Of a DNA stretch of 64,000 nucleotides, positions 42,043 through 52,936 are shown in pieces; within the stretch, counting starts at the first letter, position 1; every line of letters starts with the position of its first letter. The notes under the pieces were generated by a model. It had not been told where the DNA came from and searched no databases. It saw nothing but the letters and a program-made list of their open reading frames with translations. The DNA comes from Schmidtea polychroa. Lineage: Eukaryota. The position numbers and the translations under genes are program-made. The DNA lies in assembly GCA_044892525.1 (NCBI GenBank), contig CM097885.1, positions 7,752,001-7,816,000 of the forward strand. Direction: 5' to 3'.

Positions 42043-45000
42043 TCATCCCCCTTCTTTAAATTCTTTAATCTTTTCAATATTCCTGATTAAAGACTTCCCA
42101 CTTTTATCTCTCAGCATATAACTGCGATCGTGTATTCGTTTTTTTACCGTGTATGGTCCTTCATATCTTTCTTGATCCTTGTTTCATATTTCTCGTTTGA
42201 TTAACACTTTGTCTCCAATATCCAACCTCCTTGCAGTTGTTGTTTCCTCATTTTGTCTTTTACTTTCAATTTTCAATGCGATATCGTTCCTGTTAATTCT
42301 ACTATCATTATACCATTTTGATCTATCAATTTTCCTACCAAAAATAATTTCAGCTGGGCTTACTCCCGTTGTTTTTTGAATGGTTGCGTTGAGTGTATAT
42401 TCTATATCTGGGATAAGGTCTGCCCAGTCTTTTGTATTTCCGTCTTTCAGCGATGCATTAATAAAATCTCTTATTGTCCGGAATTGTCTTTCGATTATAC
42501 CATTCGTATTATGATGATATGGACTCGAATACACTATCTCGAACCCTGCATTTTTGCTTATATTCTTTATGCTATTAGCTTCGAATGTTTTCCCGCAATC
42601 TACATGTAGTTCTTTGGGTGCCCCAAATTTTAGAATCCAGTTGTTTAACAATATCTTCCCAATTGTCTCTTCATCCTGTTTATTTATAGCTGTTAACGAG
42701 ATGTATTTGCTGTAATGGTCGATTATTGCGCAAATGTATCTTTTCCTGTTAAATGTTTCTTTCATTGGGCCACATATGTCCATATATATTTTCTCGAAGG
42801 GTTCGGATGCTTCAAGTACTTTTGGTTTCTCTTTCATCTTTGTAGTTACAACTTTAACTTTTTGGCACGATTCGCAATTTGATATTGTCGTTTTTACTTC
42901 CTTTATTAGATCTCTCATATCGAAATTTTTTTGTATGTATTTGATAACTTTGTCAACTCCAGCATGGCACAGTAATAGATGTGTTTTGTTAATCATTTCT
43001 CTTCTTTTGCTCTCTGGTATCCATATTCTTTTATCTTTGGTATAAATAATATTATCCTCTATTATAAACCTTCCACTCGTTTGCGTTCTTATTTTATTTT
43101 TAATCTCCTCTATTTCATCACTATTCATTTGCCATTCCTCTCCTTTGTCTTCCGTCATTATATTTAACATTCTGGTTTTCATTCTTCCCATTTTAGGATT
43201 ATCGTGTTCCATAAGACATTGTACACATGTTCCACACGTTTTCCTCGATAACATGTTTGCGTTTGTATGTAGTGTACCCTTTCTAAATTCCATTTTTATA
43301 TCAAGGCTACTTAAATAGTTTATCCAGGTCTGGAATTGAGCTGTAATTGGCTTCTTCGAGGTTAGCATAAATGTTATTGCTTTATGATCTGTACGTAGTG
43401 TAAATCTTTTCCCATATAAATAGTGATTGAAATGCCGACAAAAATAATATATAGCCAGGAGTTCCTTTCTTGTAATACAATAGCCTCTTTCGTGGTCATT
43501 CATCGCATGTGAGCCATAAGCGATAACTTGCTCATATCCCATGTCATTCTTCTGTGATAAGACTGCGCCGATTGTATCGAAACTTGCATCCGTATCCAGT
43601 ATGAATTCTTTCTTAAAATCAGGAAATACCAAAATCGGTGCGGTTATTAATGCCAACTTCATATTCTCAAAAGCCTGCTCACAATTTTCATTCCATATTA
43701 TTTTGTCGCTATTTTTACCACATATACTCTCTAAAGCTCTTGCCTTCTTTGCGCATTCTTTAATAAATTTTCGATAATAGTTGCAAATACCCAAGAAACT
43801 CCTTAAATTTTTCACACATTTCGGCCTTTGAAATGATTGAATAGCTTCAATTTTGCTCTGATCCGTTTGGATGCCGTCTCTATTTATAATATGGCCTAAG
43901 AATTTCATTTCGCTTTTCAGTATTTGACATTTTTCAGGATTAATTCTTAGTTTAGCTTCTGCGATTTTCTGCAATACTCTTTCTAGCAGTTTATAGTGTT
44001 CTTCCATTGTGTTAGTAAAAATTAATATATCGTCCAGATAAACCATTACCCCGTCTTTCCATAAATCCTTTAATATCTTCGTCATGAGCTCTTGAAAAGT
44101 TCCTGGTGCTGCCGCGATGCCAAACGGCATTCGGTAGAAACAGAATTGTCCCTCTTTCGTTGAAAAAGCTGTTTTCTCCTGTGAATCTCTATCCAACTTC
44201 ACCTGATAGTATGCGTTTCCAAGGTCAATAGAACTAAAATATCTAGTACCATGCAAAGCATCTAAGATCTCGTCAACGTTAGGCATCGGGAACGCTTGTC
44301 TTTCAGTAATTTTGTTAAGTTGTCTAAAGTCCAAACAGAGTCTGATATCCTTCTTTTCCTTTTTCCAAACGCACACTAAAGGTGTATTCCAAGGTGAATT
44401 ACACTTCCTTATAATATTATTATCCTCCAGATTTTTAATGGCCATGTTTATTTTCTCTTCCAAGTTTATAGGCTGTCTTCTGGGCTTTATCATTATTGGT
44501 CCGCCATTTGTTTCAATTTTATGTTGAATTAAATCAGTGCATCCAACATCCCACTTGTCAGCCATGAAAACACATTTATTTCTCTTAATAATTTCTACAA
44601 GCAATTTATCTTCTTTTACTTTCAACTTCTCTATCGCATGTTGGAATCTTTCTTCATTTGTAATATTCCTCCCAAATTTAGCATCAATTTCACATATACG
44701 TTCGTTAGATATCATTTCACCTTCTTGAATCCATCTTAATTCAATACCGAATTGTTTCTGTAATTCTATACCCCCAATAACATCTGGGACAATGTTTTGT
44801 ACGACGGTAAAGGTCACTATTTTTGTTAGCTTCCCTATCTTTACCTCAATTTGAACTTTTCCTATAGTCTCCAATTTACTGTCATTTGCACACCTTAGCA
44901 TTTCATCTGTTTTTATTATCTCGACTTTGTCCAATTTATCCAGTACTGCTTTAGACATTACATTAACTCGTGCTCCTGTATCTAACAGACACTCGATTCT

Positions 45001-45255
45001 GCGGCCCTGAATTTCAAGTGTTATACTTGGTCTACCTTGCATTTTATGATAAGTCATACGAGGTCCTTTCCATTCGTCTTTCGTAAATATATTTTGTTCC
45101 ACTTTGTTCTTTATACTATTGGAAATTTCATTAATCCACTCAATCTTATCTTCATTCATATCAAATGACTTTTTTAGGAAACTATATACTTTTTCTCCTG
45201 TTCTTTCATCGCTACACATTATTTTGCTGTTTCCATTTCTATGATCTATACTGCT
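42043..45255 (-). mobile_element. Ty3/Gypsy pol (PR-RT-RH-INT), 5'-truncated with no gag, one premature stop at 42184-42186
   Basis: LLDTGA, YLDD, TDASF..TDHKA, H-x-C2 zinc motif, MDICGP..VDCG..IERQFR; frame continues past the TGA to YEGPY..KEGG*; PPT AAAGAAGGGGGA (42057-42046) followed by TG (3' LTR start at 42045). Confidence 0.95.
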
Positions 45256-45369
45256 ACTTTTATAAACATTAAAATTAGTTTTATCATCCATATTATTACA
45301 TAAATCTTTACTAAAAATATTAAAATTATCTACACTATTCAAATTATTTACATTATTCAAATTATTTAC

Positions 45370-46382
45370 AGTAGTAAGATGTGTCACCTCCAGGACATGT
45401 CACCTCCAGGACACATATATATAAGTAGGTCAAGTTAAAATTATGTAGGTCACGACTATATAGGTATTAAAATATGTAGGTCAAGTTACTTTAAATATAT
45501 GTTACCTCCAGGACACTATATAAATAAATAAGTCAAATTAAGTAGGTCACGACTATATAGTTTATAAAAAAAAAAAAAAATATGTAGGTCAAGTTATTTT
45601 TAACATGTATCCCTATAATATATACATCATTCAAAAGATATTTGAGAGTAGAGTACAATGATCATACCTTCAAAGGTGTATGGTGAATCCCTAACCTTCA
45701 AAAGGTGCAAAACCCTCGAATTTTTTCAAACTCTATAATACATGTCATTCAAAAGGTAATTGAGATGTGAGTATGATGGTCATACAATCAAAGGTGTATG
45801 GTGAGTCCTTCACTTTCAAAGGGTCAAAAAATTTCGAATTTTTTCAAACTTTATAATATATATACATCATTCAAAAGGTATTTGAGAGTAGAGTGTGATG
45901 GTCAAACCTTCAAAGATGTATGGTGAGTCCTTACCCTCAAGTGTCAAAAACTTTGATTTTTATTCAAACTGTAAATTGATCATTTCAACAAATTTTCAAT
46001 CCCCAAAATAAATTTCCCAACTCAAAATTTCCCAAATTTTAAAAATTCCCAAAAACAATTTTCCCAACTCAAATTTTTTCAAAAATTAAAAAGTCCCAAA
46101 AATGAAATTCCCCAAATTTCCCAACTCAAAATTTTTCAAATTTTAAAAAGTTTTCAAAACTATTTTCCCAAATTTTCCAACTAAATAGTAAAAGAATGTT
46201 TTACAAATTTTTTTTTTTTTTTTCTTCCTCGAATACATCAAACCAAAAATTTAACAAGGTTCGTCACACAAATCTAATTTTGAAATCAAACAAATGAATT
46301 TAATAAAAATTAAAATCATCGACATACACAACCGCCGTTCGCCCGCCCGCCCGCCGCCCGCCCCGAAGGGGCTGGCGCGGTA
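45370..46382. repeat. Terminal/subterminal repeat region of arm A
   Basis: GTYACCTCCAGGACA x3; GTAGGTCA x5; about 119-bp unit x3 (45614-45960); CCCAACTCAAA repeats; GC-rich hairpin 46331-46381. Confidence 0.8.
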
Positions 46383-46452
46383 GTTTGTAAATTTGGTTTA
46401 GTTTGAATATTATTTTGAGTATTAATAACAAAGGTAAAGAAATAAATGTTTA

Positions 46453-46914
46453 TTAAATGTATATAGTATGATACTCATTAATATACATTGAACATGCTTT
46501 ACATTTGCGAACATTTGAATCATGGCATTTAGAACATACAATTACATGTCCGCAAGGTAAAAACAAAACCGATACTTGATTTTCTTTACAAATGTAACAA
46601 GTTAAATACATTTTCCTACCATCATTGAGTTTTTTCCTTAGCTTATTTTCAATCAATTCGGATTTCGATATCCATTCATAAATCAATCTACTACTATATC
46701 CTGGTTCCAGCCTTAAATCCATACAATTCCAAAAGCATTCATTCAATGAATCATTATCTACTATTGCTTTGTCTAAATGCATCAAATAAATCGATAACTT
46801 CAAAATGCATTTATTGTAATTAAATAAATCAATCAAATATCCAATGGAGGAATGTTTGAAAATTTCTAAAATTTTTATGGTTTCCTTTTCAGTGAGAGTA
46901 TCATAATTGTTCAT
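46453..46914 (-). CDS. IAP-type C3HC4 RING protein (putative E3 ligase), no BIR visible
   Basis: C-terminal CYICKENQVSVLFLPCGHVIVCSKC..CKAC..IYI follows the IAP RING consensus including the terminal aromatic residue. Confidence 0.85.
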   Translation of the reverse strand: MNNYDTLTEKETIKILEIFKHSSIGYLIDLFNYNKCILKLSIYLMHLDKAIVDNDSLNECFWNCMDLRLEPGYSSRLIYEWISKSELIENKLRKKLNDGRKMYLTCYICKENQVSVLFLPCGHVIVCSKCHDSNVRKCKACSMYINEYHTIYI

Positions 46915-46970
46915 AAAATCTTCAACATAGTATAAACATAATTATTTTTTCATTTTAATTATTTTCAACC

Positions 46971-47370
46971 ATGTCGGAAAAAGGTAAAATATGAATTTTA
47001 TGTTTATTAATTCTTTTTTTTTTTTTTTTTTTTTTATTTAGCATATATAATCAATTTTTTGATTGAAAAATTAGAGGAAATATCTAATGTAAAAATTAGA
47101 GAATTTATGAATGTTCCAGAGAAATTAAAATGGCCGTATTCAGACGATGAAATTAATGAAGATGATATGTCATATGAATCTGAAAATATTTCCCAGCAAG
47201 AAGATGAATATACTGATTTGCCTAGTGAAGAACTTAAGTCATGTATTGAGAATTCTACAACAGATAAATTACCAAATGAATCTAAACAAGAAGATGAATC
47301 TATTGTTTTTACTAATTGTATTGATCATATTGTTGAAAATATAATGAAAAGAGATTGTATTGAAGATTAA
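46971..47370 (+). CDS. Acidic orphan protein, spliced (exons 46971-46983, 47042-47370)
   Basis: MSEK|AYIINFLIEKLEEIS..CIDHIVENIMK; homolog with the same phase-1 intron at 60116-60436. Confidence 0.78.
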
Positions 47371-47442
47371 TAAATTTAAAACTTTAGTTATTTTCAATGA
47401 TTTAAAAACACCAAAACACTAATAAAGATGTATTAAATAAAT

Positions 47443-48037
47443 TTAACATGAACAATGTTCCTCTTCAAACTTATCTTCGGCTTTTATAATTTTCCAAATT
47501 GGTTTGATTCGGTCTCTGCTTACATTATACCCTTGAATTAATATGGTAACCATGCAGGTTATTTTGCTCATCTTACCACCATTGGGAATCATATCCAAAT
47601 CGTTTCTAATGAACATATCTTCATCATCAAATTCAATATTTTCATTGATCCTCTGAAATAATTGTCCCAATAGCATCTTGTCGTGAAACTTGATTTTGGA
47701 AAGTCTCACATTGTAGAAACATTTTTCCAGAGTTACTGGTTCCTAACAATAAATAATAATAATAATAAAATCCAAAATAATTTATAGAAACTTACCTTAA
47801 ATGTATAGGAAATTGGACAATACAAATAATTTAGTTTGTATTGCATGAATTCGACTGGTTTTTTTGTATCCACTCGAACATTGACCAAGGTTTCCGTGGA
47901 TAATGTCGCTTCTTTAAATTTCCTTTTTCAGAATTCTTGAGCGGCATCTGCATTTTTTCTCTTCAAAACTCCTAGATTAAAAAACTACTAAATGGAATAT
48001 GTGTAAACGACAACAAACCTGTAATTTGATTATCCAT
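47443..48037 (-). pseudogene. Orphan gene X, three exons (48037-48019, 47971-47796, 47742-47443), premature TGA at 47928-47930
   Basis: GT-AG introns of 47 and 53 nt keep frame; shares TI.IQGY.V..PIWKI with 59563-59982. Confidence 0.68.
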
Positions 48038-48239
48038 TTGTAGTTATAATATTTAATAATTTGAACCAGATATTTTATACTAATTTCATTGTAAACAAGT
48101 TTCAAGTGACAGGCATGATCAAAACGTGATCAACTAGTTCATTTTATGCTAAATAACAAAGTCTGAAATGATTTATTGTACACAAAGAAATATTATAGGT
48201 TAATTAAGGTTATCACAAAACAAATATAATTATATTTTA

Positions 48240-48626
48240 TTACAACAATACATTTTTTCGCAATTCCACAAGTAATGCATGAATTATTTCTCGTTTCTGT
48301 AGATTTACAAAACATGTACAACTATCATCCCCACAAGTATTCTGCATATTATTTTTACAAAAATCACAATTTTCAACATCATCGGTATAACATGTAATCG
48401 TAGCATGATCCATATGAATTAAATCTATTACATTTATTCCAGTTATTTCATAAATTTTGTAAAACACAACTTCTGGAGCACAATACATTAAGGAATTGTT
48501 CAAATTCGGATAAAAATCTTCAATTTTATCAATCAAAATTTTTAGTATAGTTTCTAAACAAAAATCAGTAAATTTAAAATAAAAACAGTTACCTTCATGT
48601 TCAATCATTGTTGAATAAATATTCAA
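48240..48626 (-). CDS. Cys-rich orphan gene Y
   Basis: FYPNLN..IYEITGINVIDLI..CTC..ELR aligns with YYPELN..VYNQTRIWIFDII..CSC..TLR at 58898-59307. Confidence 0.7.
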   Translation of the reverse strand: MNIYSTMIEHEGNCFYFKFTDFCLETILKILIDKIEDFYPNLNNSLMYCAPEVVFYKIYEITGINVIDLIHMDHATITCYTDDVENCDFCKNNMQNTCGDDSCTCFVNLQKREIIHALLVELRKNVLL

Positions 48627-49113
48627 GCAAATCCTCGTTACTTATATTTGAAGAAATTGTTAAAGATCCAATCAAATCCTTTACATCGTTTATAATTCCT
48701 TCAACAATAGTATGAAAATCTAAATTTTTAATACCTAGTACAACTATTTTACCACTCGAAAATATATTTACACATAGTGGATTATATTTTGTATAACGCA
48801 GAGCGGGAAATAATTCAGGCTCATATATACAATCTCCATCTAATAACTTTGCTAAATTATTCAAATTAATAGATTGTTCAACCTTGGTAGCTATAGTAAG
48901 ACTTTGAACTTGAATATCTTTGATATTATATTGCAAATTCTCGAATTCGATAGGCTTCTTACAACCCATTATACGACATTTACCATTTTTGAAAAATATT
49001 ATAGTATATTTTCCAGTTTTGTCAACATATTGTTGTGGTTTACACTTGGGGAAATTCATCATACCAACAGTTTCCAAAGACACACGACCTCTATAATTAA
49101 TATTTGTCAACAT
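48601..49113 (-). CDS. TATA-binding protein (TBP)-like, arm A
   Basis: Two TBP repeats: IFFKNGKCRIMGCK and INLNNLA..YEPELFPALRY..P..VNIFSSGKIVVLGIK. Confidence 0.9.
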   Translation of the reverse strand: MLTNINYRGRVSLETVGMMNFPKCKPQQYVDKTGKYTIIFFKNGKCRIMGCKKPIEFENLQYNIKDIQVQSLTIATKVEQSINLNNLAKLLDGDCIYEPELFPALRYTKYNPLCVNIFSSGKIVVLGIKNLDFHTIVEGIINDVKDLIGSLTISSNISNEDLLEYLFNND

Positions 49114-49138
49114 TTCTACTGAATATTTAAAAAATCAA

Positions 49139-49175
<37 letters not shown>

Positions 49176-49247
49176 ATATTATAGAGTAATTAAATCAATT
49201 TATTTTTTACGATATAAACAAAATTAATTTTTAAATAAATATTAAAA

Positions 49248-49874
49248 ATGGAACTAAGAAATGATGCTGTATATCAAATAGTCGGACCAAGTGGTAGCGG
49301 CAAAACTTTGTTTGTTTGCAAATTACTAAAATCACATTTATTTGAATCAAAATTTAACAAAATGTATTGGCATCGAGGTGCTGATCAAGAACACGGATTG
49401 ACTCAATCAAGTTTCTGTAAATTGAAAAATATGAAAATAGTAGAGGGATTTGATAAAAATTGGTCCAGTAGACTAAAGAAGGGGGATGTCATAATTATTG
49501 ATGACTTGTATCAAGAAGCTAATAAAGAAAAGAATTTCAATAATTTATTTACCAAAATCAGTAGACACGTTGGTGTAACTGTTATTTTTATAACTCAAAA
49601 TCTATTTCATCAAGGTGGTGCACATCGAACACGTAATTTAAATGTACAATATTAAGTTATTTTCAAGAATCCTAGAGATGCAACAGTGATTGATTTTCTT
49701 GCACGTCAAGCACATCCTAACAATCGTAATTTTCTTATCAGTGCATTTCAAGATGCTACAAAAATACCTCATGGATATATATTTCTTGATTTCACACAAC
49801 AATGTCCCGATGATTTACGAGTAAAAACAGATATTTTCAACCCAAAAGGTGCCATGGTTTATAAACAAAGTTGA
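49248..49874 (+). pseudogene. A32/FtsK-like packaging ATPase, arm A, in-frame TAA at 49653-49655
   Basis: Walker A GPSGSGKT, Walker B IIIDD, ITQNLF; collinear with the intact copy at 57567-58205. Confidence 0.93.
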
Positions 49875-50028
49875 ATAATAATGTTTCTAATAATGTTTCT
49901 AAAAGCAAGGGTGAAAAATATTAGGAAATTAAGAAAAAGTATTAAAAAGAGTATTAAAGTTCAAAAGGTTCCACCAACAACTAGTTATATACCATCTAAA
50001 AAAACTTGTAACTGAAAATTTCTCTGCA

Positions 50029-50427
50029 ATGAATCTTATTTCGAAAAATCCTAAACCTAAACGTGAAACACGTAAAACCCGTAAAGCCGGTAAAAAAGTA
50101 ATTAAAAATCATCGCAGTTTTCCATTTTTTAATGCATTGTTAAAGGCCCCGAGTATGAAAAGAATGAATATATTGCAATCATTCCCAAATTTTGTTGTCG
50201 ATGATTTACTCAATATTATACTTAAAGTAGTCAAAGGCAAAATTAAAATCAGTAAATCAAAAAAGCATTTTTTGAGCAAACATAGGAAACCTTTGTTATC
50301 ATTAGTAAATAATAAAAATCGTAAGCAAATGAGGAAAATTATATATAAACAACAAGGTGGATTTATTGGTGCATTGATACCTCTGGCATTATCATTATTA
50401 GGTGGAGTTGTAGGAAATCAATCATAA
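50029..50427 (+). CDS. Basic core protein with adenovirus pX-like C-terminus (N-terminus from ~49881 frameshifted)
   Basis: Lys-rich; QQGG|FIGALIPLALSLLGG resembles the adenain cleavage site and hydrophobic tail of pX. Confidence 0.7.
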   Translation: MNLISKNPKPKRETRKTRKAGKKVIKNHRSFPFFNALLKAPSMKRMNILQSFPNFVVDDLLNIILKVVKGKIKISKSKKHFLSKHRKPLLSLVNNKNRKQMRKIIYKQQGGFIGALIPLALSLLGGVVGNQS

Positions 50428-50430
50428 ACA

Positions 50431-50658
50431 ATGGGTGCTAATCCTTCATTACCTAATTTAAATTTAAATTTTAAATCTTCTTGCTGTAATGGAGAAGATT
50501 TGGACGGACCCAGAAGACGAAGCCGGTTTCGGTGGAGTGGCAAAATTAAAGAAAAGAGTTCCGAATTCGAAAAAAGAAACCTAGAAGTGGTTATCAGATC
50601 AGCTTGCGTACAGTTTGAACAAACCAATGCGGAAAAGATTTCCAACAAGAGCCTATAA
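50431..50658 (+). CDS. Small putatively myristoylated/palmitoylated protein overprinted on the integrase start
   Basis: MGANPS (MGxxxS) and SSCC; same length, start and stop in arm B (57055-56828). Confidence 0.55.
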   Translation: MGANPSLPNLNLNFKSSCCNGEDLDGPRRRSRFRWSGKIKEKSSEFEKRNLEVVIRSACVQFEQTNAEKISNKSL

Positions 50659-50876
50659 AACATTTGGTATTGACGATTTATGGCAAATGGATTTGATGGA
50701 GATGATACCCTATTCGAAAATTAACAATGGGAATAAATATATTTTAACATGTATTAATGTATACAGCAGGTTTGCACGAGCAATACCAGTCAAGGCAAAA
50801 TCTGCAGATGAAATGTCCAAGGCAATTAATATTTTATTTAAAGATGGACATCCTAATAACTTGCAAACAGATTTGG

Positions 50877-50932
<56 letters not shown>

Positions 50933-51562
50933 TTAGGTAAAGAATTCTACAATAGCAAAGTTAAGCTAATCCTCGATAAACTGAAAATAAATCACTACTC
51001 GGTACATTCTCAATACAAAGCTGCCCATGTTGAAAGATTTAATCGAACGTTGAGAGATAGATTAAAGAAATTGTTCGTGCATCAAGGTAATAAAAAATGG
51101 GTAAATGCTTTACCGAAAATAATAACAAGTTATAATCATTCATCACATCGAGGACTGAATGGATTAAGACCGGTTGATATTACATCAAAAACATTCTATT
51201 CTAAGAAATCTGTAAAAATTGCAAAACCTAAATATAAAGTCGGTGATCATGTTAGAATTAGTAAAATTAGTGCATCACCATTTATTAAAAATTTTGATAC
51301 AAATTGGAGTGATGAAGTCTTTGTAATTTCAAAAATAAATACTAAACAGAATCCTGTAATGTATGTCATCAAAGACAGTGATAATAATATTGTACAAGGG
51401 AAATTTTATGAGCAGGAATTACAAGTCATTCCTCCTCCAAAGGTATTTAGAATTCAAAAAATATTGAAAACTAAAAAGGTCGGCAAGGATAAACAATACT
51501 ATGTCAAATGGCATGGTTATCAAAACCCGTCATGGATATCAGCAAAGGACCTAGTAAAGTGA
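50489..51562 (+). pseudogene. Polinton retroviral-like integrase with chromodomain, arm A; intron 50877-50936; premature TAG at 50582-50584
   Basis: WQMDL..QTDLG|KEF..HVERFNRTL (DDE) and C-terminal IQKIL..YYVKWHGY..SWI chromodomain. Confidence 0.93.
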
Positions 51563-52575
51563 ATTTTTATACTATTTTACCGAGCAATAGTTGCCCATTA
51601 ATTCATCCAGACAATCAAGCCAGTAAATTTATGGTCAATCTCCAGAATCCGATTTCTTTAAATGGTGACTGGGAAGTTGCACTGCAAGATTTTACATTCG
51701 TGTACAACACATTCCCATTTTATAGTCAATGTAAGATTGATTTCAAAAGGAATATTGTGAAAACATGTAGCGGTATCTTTATTATCAGTAATTATGATAA
51801 AACATATCATATTCCAAATCAGATATTAGATCAGCACTGCTCTATGTTTTACAAGGATGGATTAAATATCAGTTGTGATTTTAAACCATTTACAATAACA
51901 TTCGAATATATTGAAGATGCCAAACGATTGGGTTGCAATAAGTTGAAAAATGAAGTTATGGAAACCGAATATTTATTACGCTTTAATCTATTTGAAGCAA
52001 ACAGTGTAATGAGAGAAGAAATCAAAATATCTGTGTCGTATAATAATGAAGTTGAAGAATCATTCACCTTTGCTGACGAATTATATATTGATAAACTTGA
52101 TGTGTTACTTAAATATTTAAAGTACAATTGTTCACACATATTTAAAAGTTTGGACATTGTGAAAGATCTGTTATTTACATTCAGTTTGAATGATGACATT
52201 TGCGAAGTTACATTTGATAAAAATTTGACAAATACACTTGGATTAGAGAAGCAGCAATATCGGGAAAAATCGGCTGGTATACGTAAACCAAGAATACTTG
52301 AACATCATCAACAAATGTTCATATATACTAATATTATTGAGCCTATTATTGTTGGTGATTCCAGTGTTCCTCTTTTGAAATCGGTATGGATTGGAAAATA
52401 TGAACATGATGAAGTTGTCAATATAAATATCGATAATCCCATGTATTTACCAATAGTAAGTTCATGTATAAACAATATAGAAATAAATATTCGTGATGAT
52501 AGTGGAAAACTTATAAACTTTCCAAAAGGTTCAAAAACTCATTTGACATTACATTTTCGTAAAGTAGATGGCTAA
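51508..52575 (+). CDS. Minor capsid protein (penton), arm A
   Basis: FYTILPSNS..F.VNLQNPISLNGDWEVAL and IEINIRDDSG..LTLHFR, typical of Polinton pentons. Confidence 0.85.
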   Translation: MAWLSKPVMDISKGPSKVNFYTILPSNSCPLIHPDNQASKFMVNLQNPISLNGDWEVALQDFTFVYNTFPFYSQCKIDFKRNIVKTCSGIFIISNYDKTYHIPNQILDQHCSMFYKDGLNISCDFKPFTITFEYIEDAKRLGCNKLKNEVMETEYLLRFNLFEANSVMREEIKISVSYNNEVEESFTFADELYIDKLDVLLKYLKYNCSHIFKSLDIVKDLLFTFSLNDDICEVTFDKNLTNTLGLEKQQYREKSAGIRKPRILEHHQQMFIYTNIIEPIIVGDSSVPLLKSVWIGKYEHDEVVNINIDNPMYLPIVSSCINNIEINIRDDSGKLINFPKGSKTHLTLHFRKVDG

Positions 52576-52936
52576 TTCTGATATTATTAGTATGTATAGT
52601 GATAGCCAATCTGGCGGTGAATTACCATATTTTATTGGTAAACAGTACGGATCGGGATGGTTGAGAACAATTGGTAGATTTGCATTGCCTATTCTTAAAC
52701 GTATTGGTAGTTTTGGTATGAAAACTGCAAAAGATGTTATTATGAATGAACAGAAAATATTACCATCTCTAAAATCAAATGCTTTAGCTGAATTAGGGAA
52801 AGTTTTACCCGGGGTTGCAGGTATGTTTCAAAAAGAAAAACCTCCAGCTCCAGCTCCAGCTCCAAAACGTAAAAGACATGGAATATCACGTATAAACAAA
52901 CGAATGAAAGGACATGGAACTATATTTGCAAAATGA
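52568..52936 (+). CDS. pVI-like virion protein with amphipathic helix
   Basis: QSGG and QYGSG protease-type sites followed by WLRTIGRFALPILKRIG; lies between penton and major capsid. Confidence 0.65.
   Translation: MANSDIISMYSDSQSGGELPYFIGKQYGSGWLRTIGRFALPILKRIGSFGMKTAKDVIMNEQKILPSLKSNALAELGKVLPGVAGMFQKEKPPAPAPAPKRKRHGISRINKRMKGHGTIFAK

Noticed and set aside
50877..50936. Poly-isoleucine transmembrane segment in the integrase
   Set aside because: Better explained as an intron; the equivalent tract in arm B is out of frame
51849..52199. Antisense ORF duplicated exactly at 55238-55588
   Set aside because: By-product of near-identical penton DNA; no independent coding evidence
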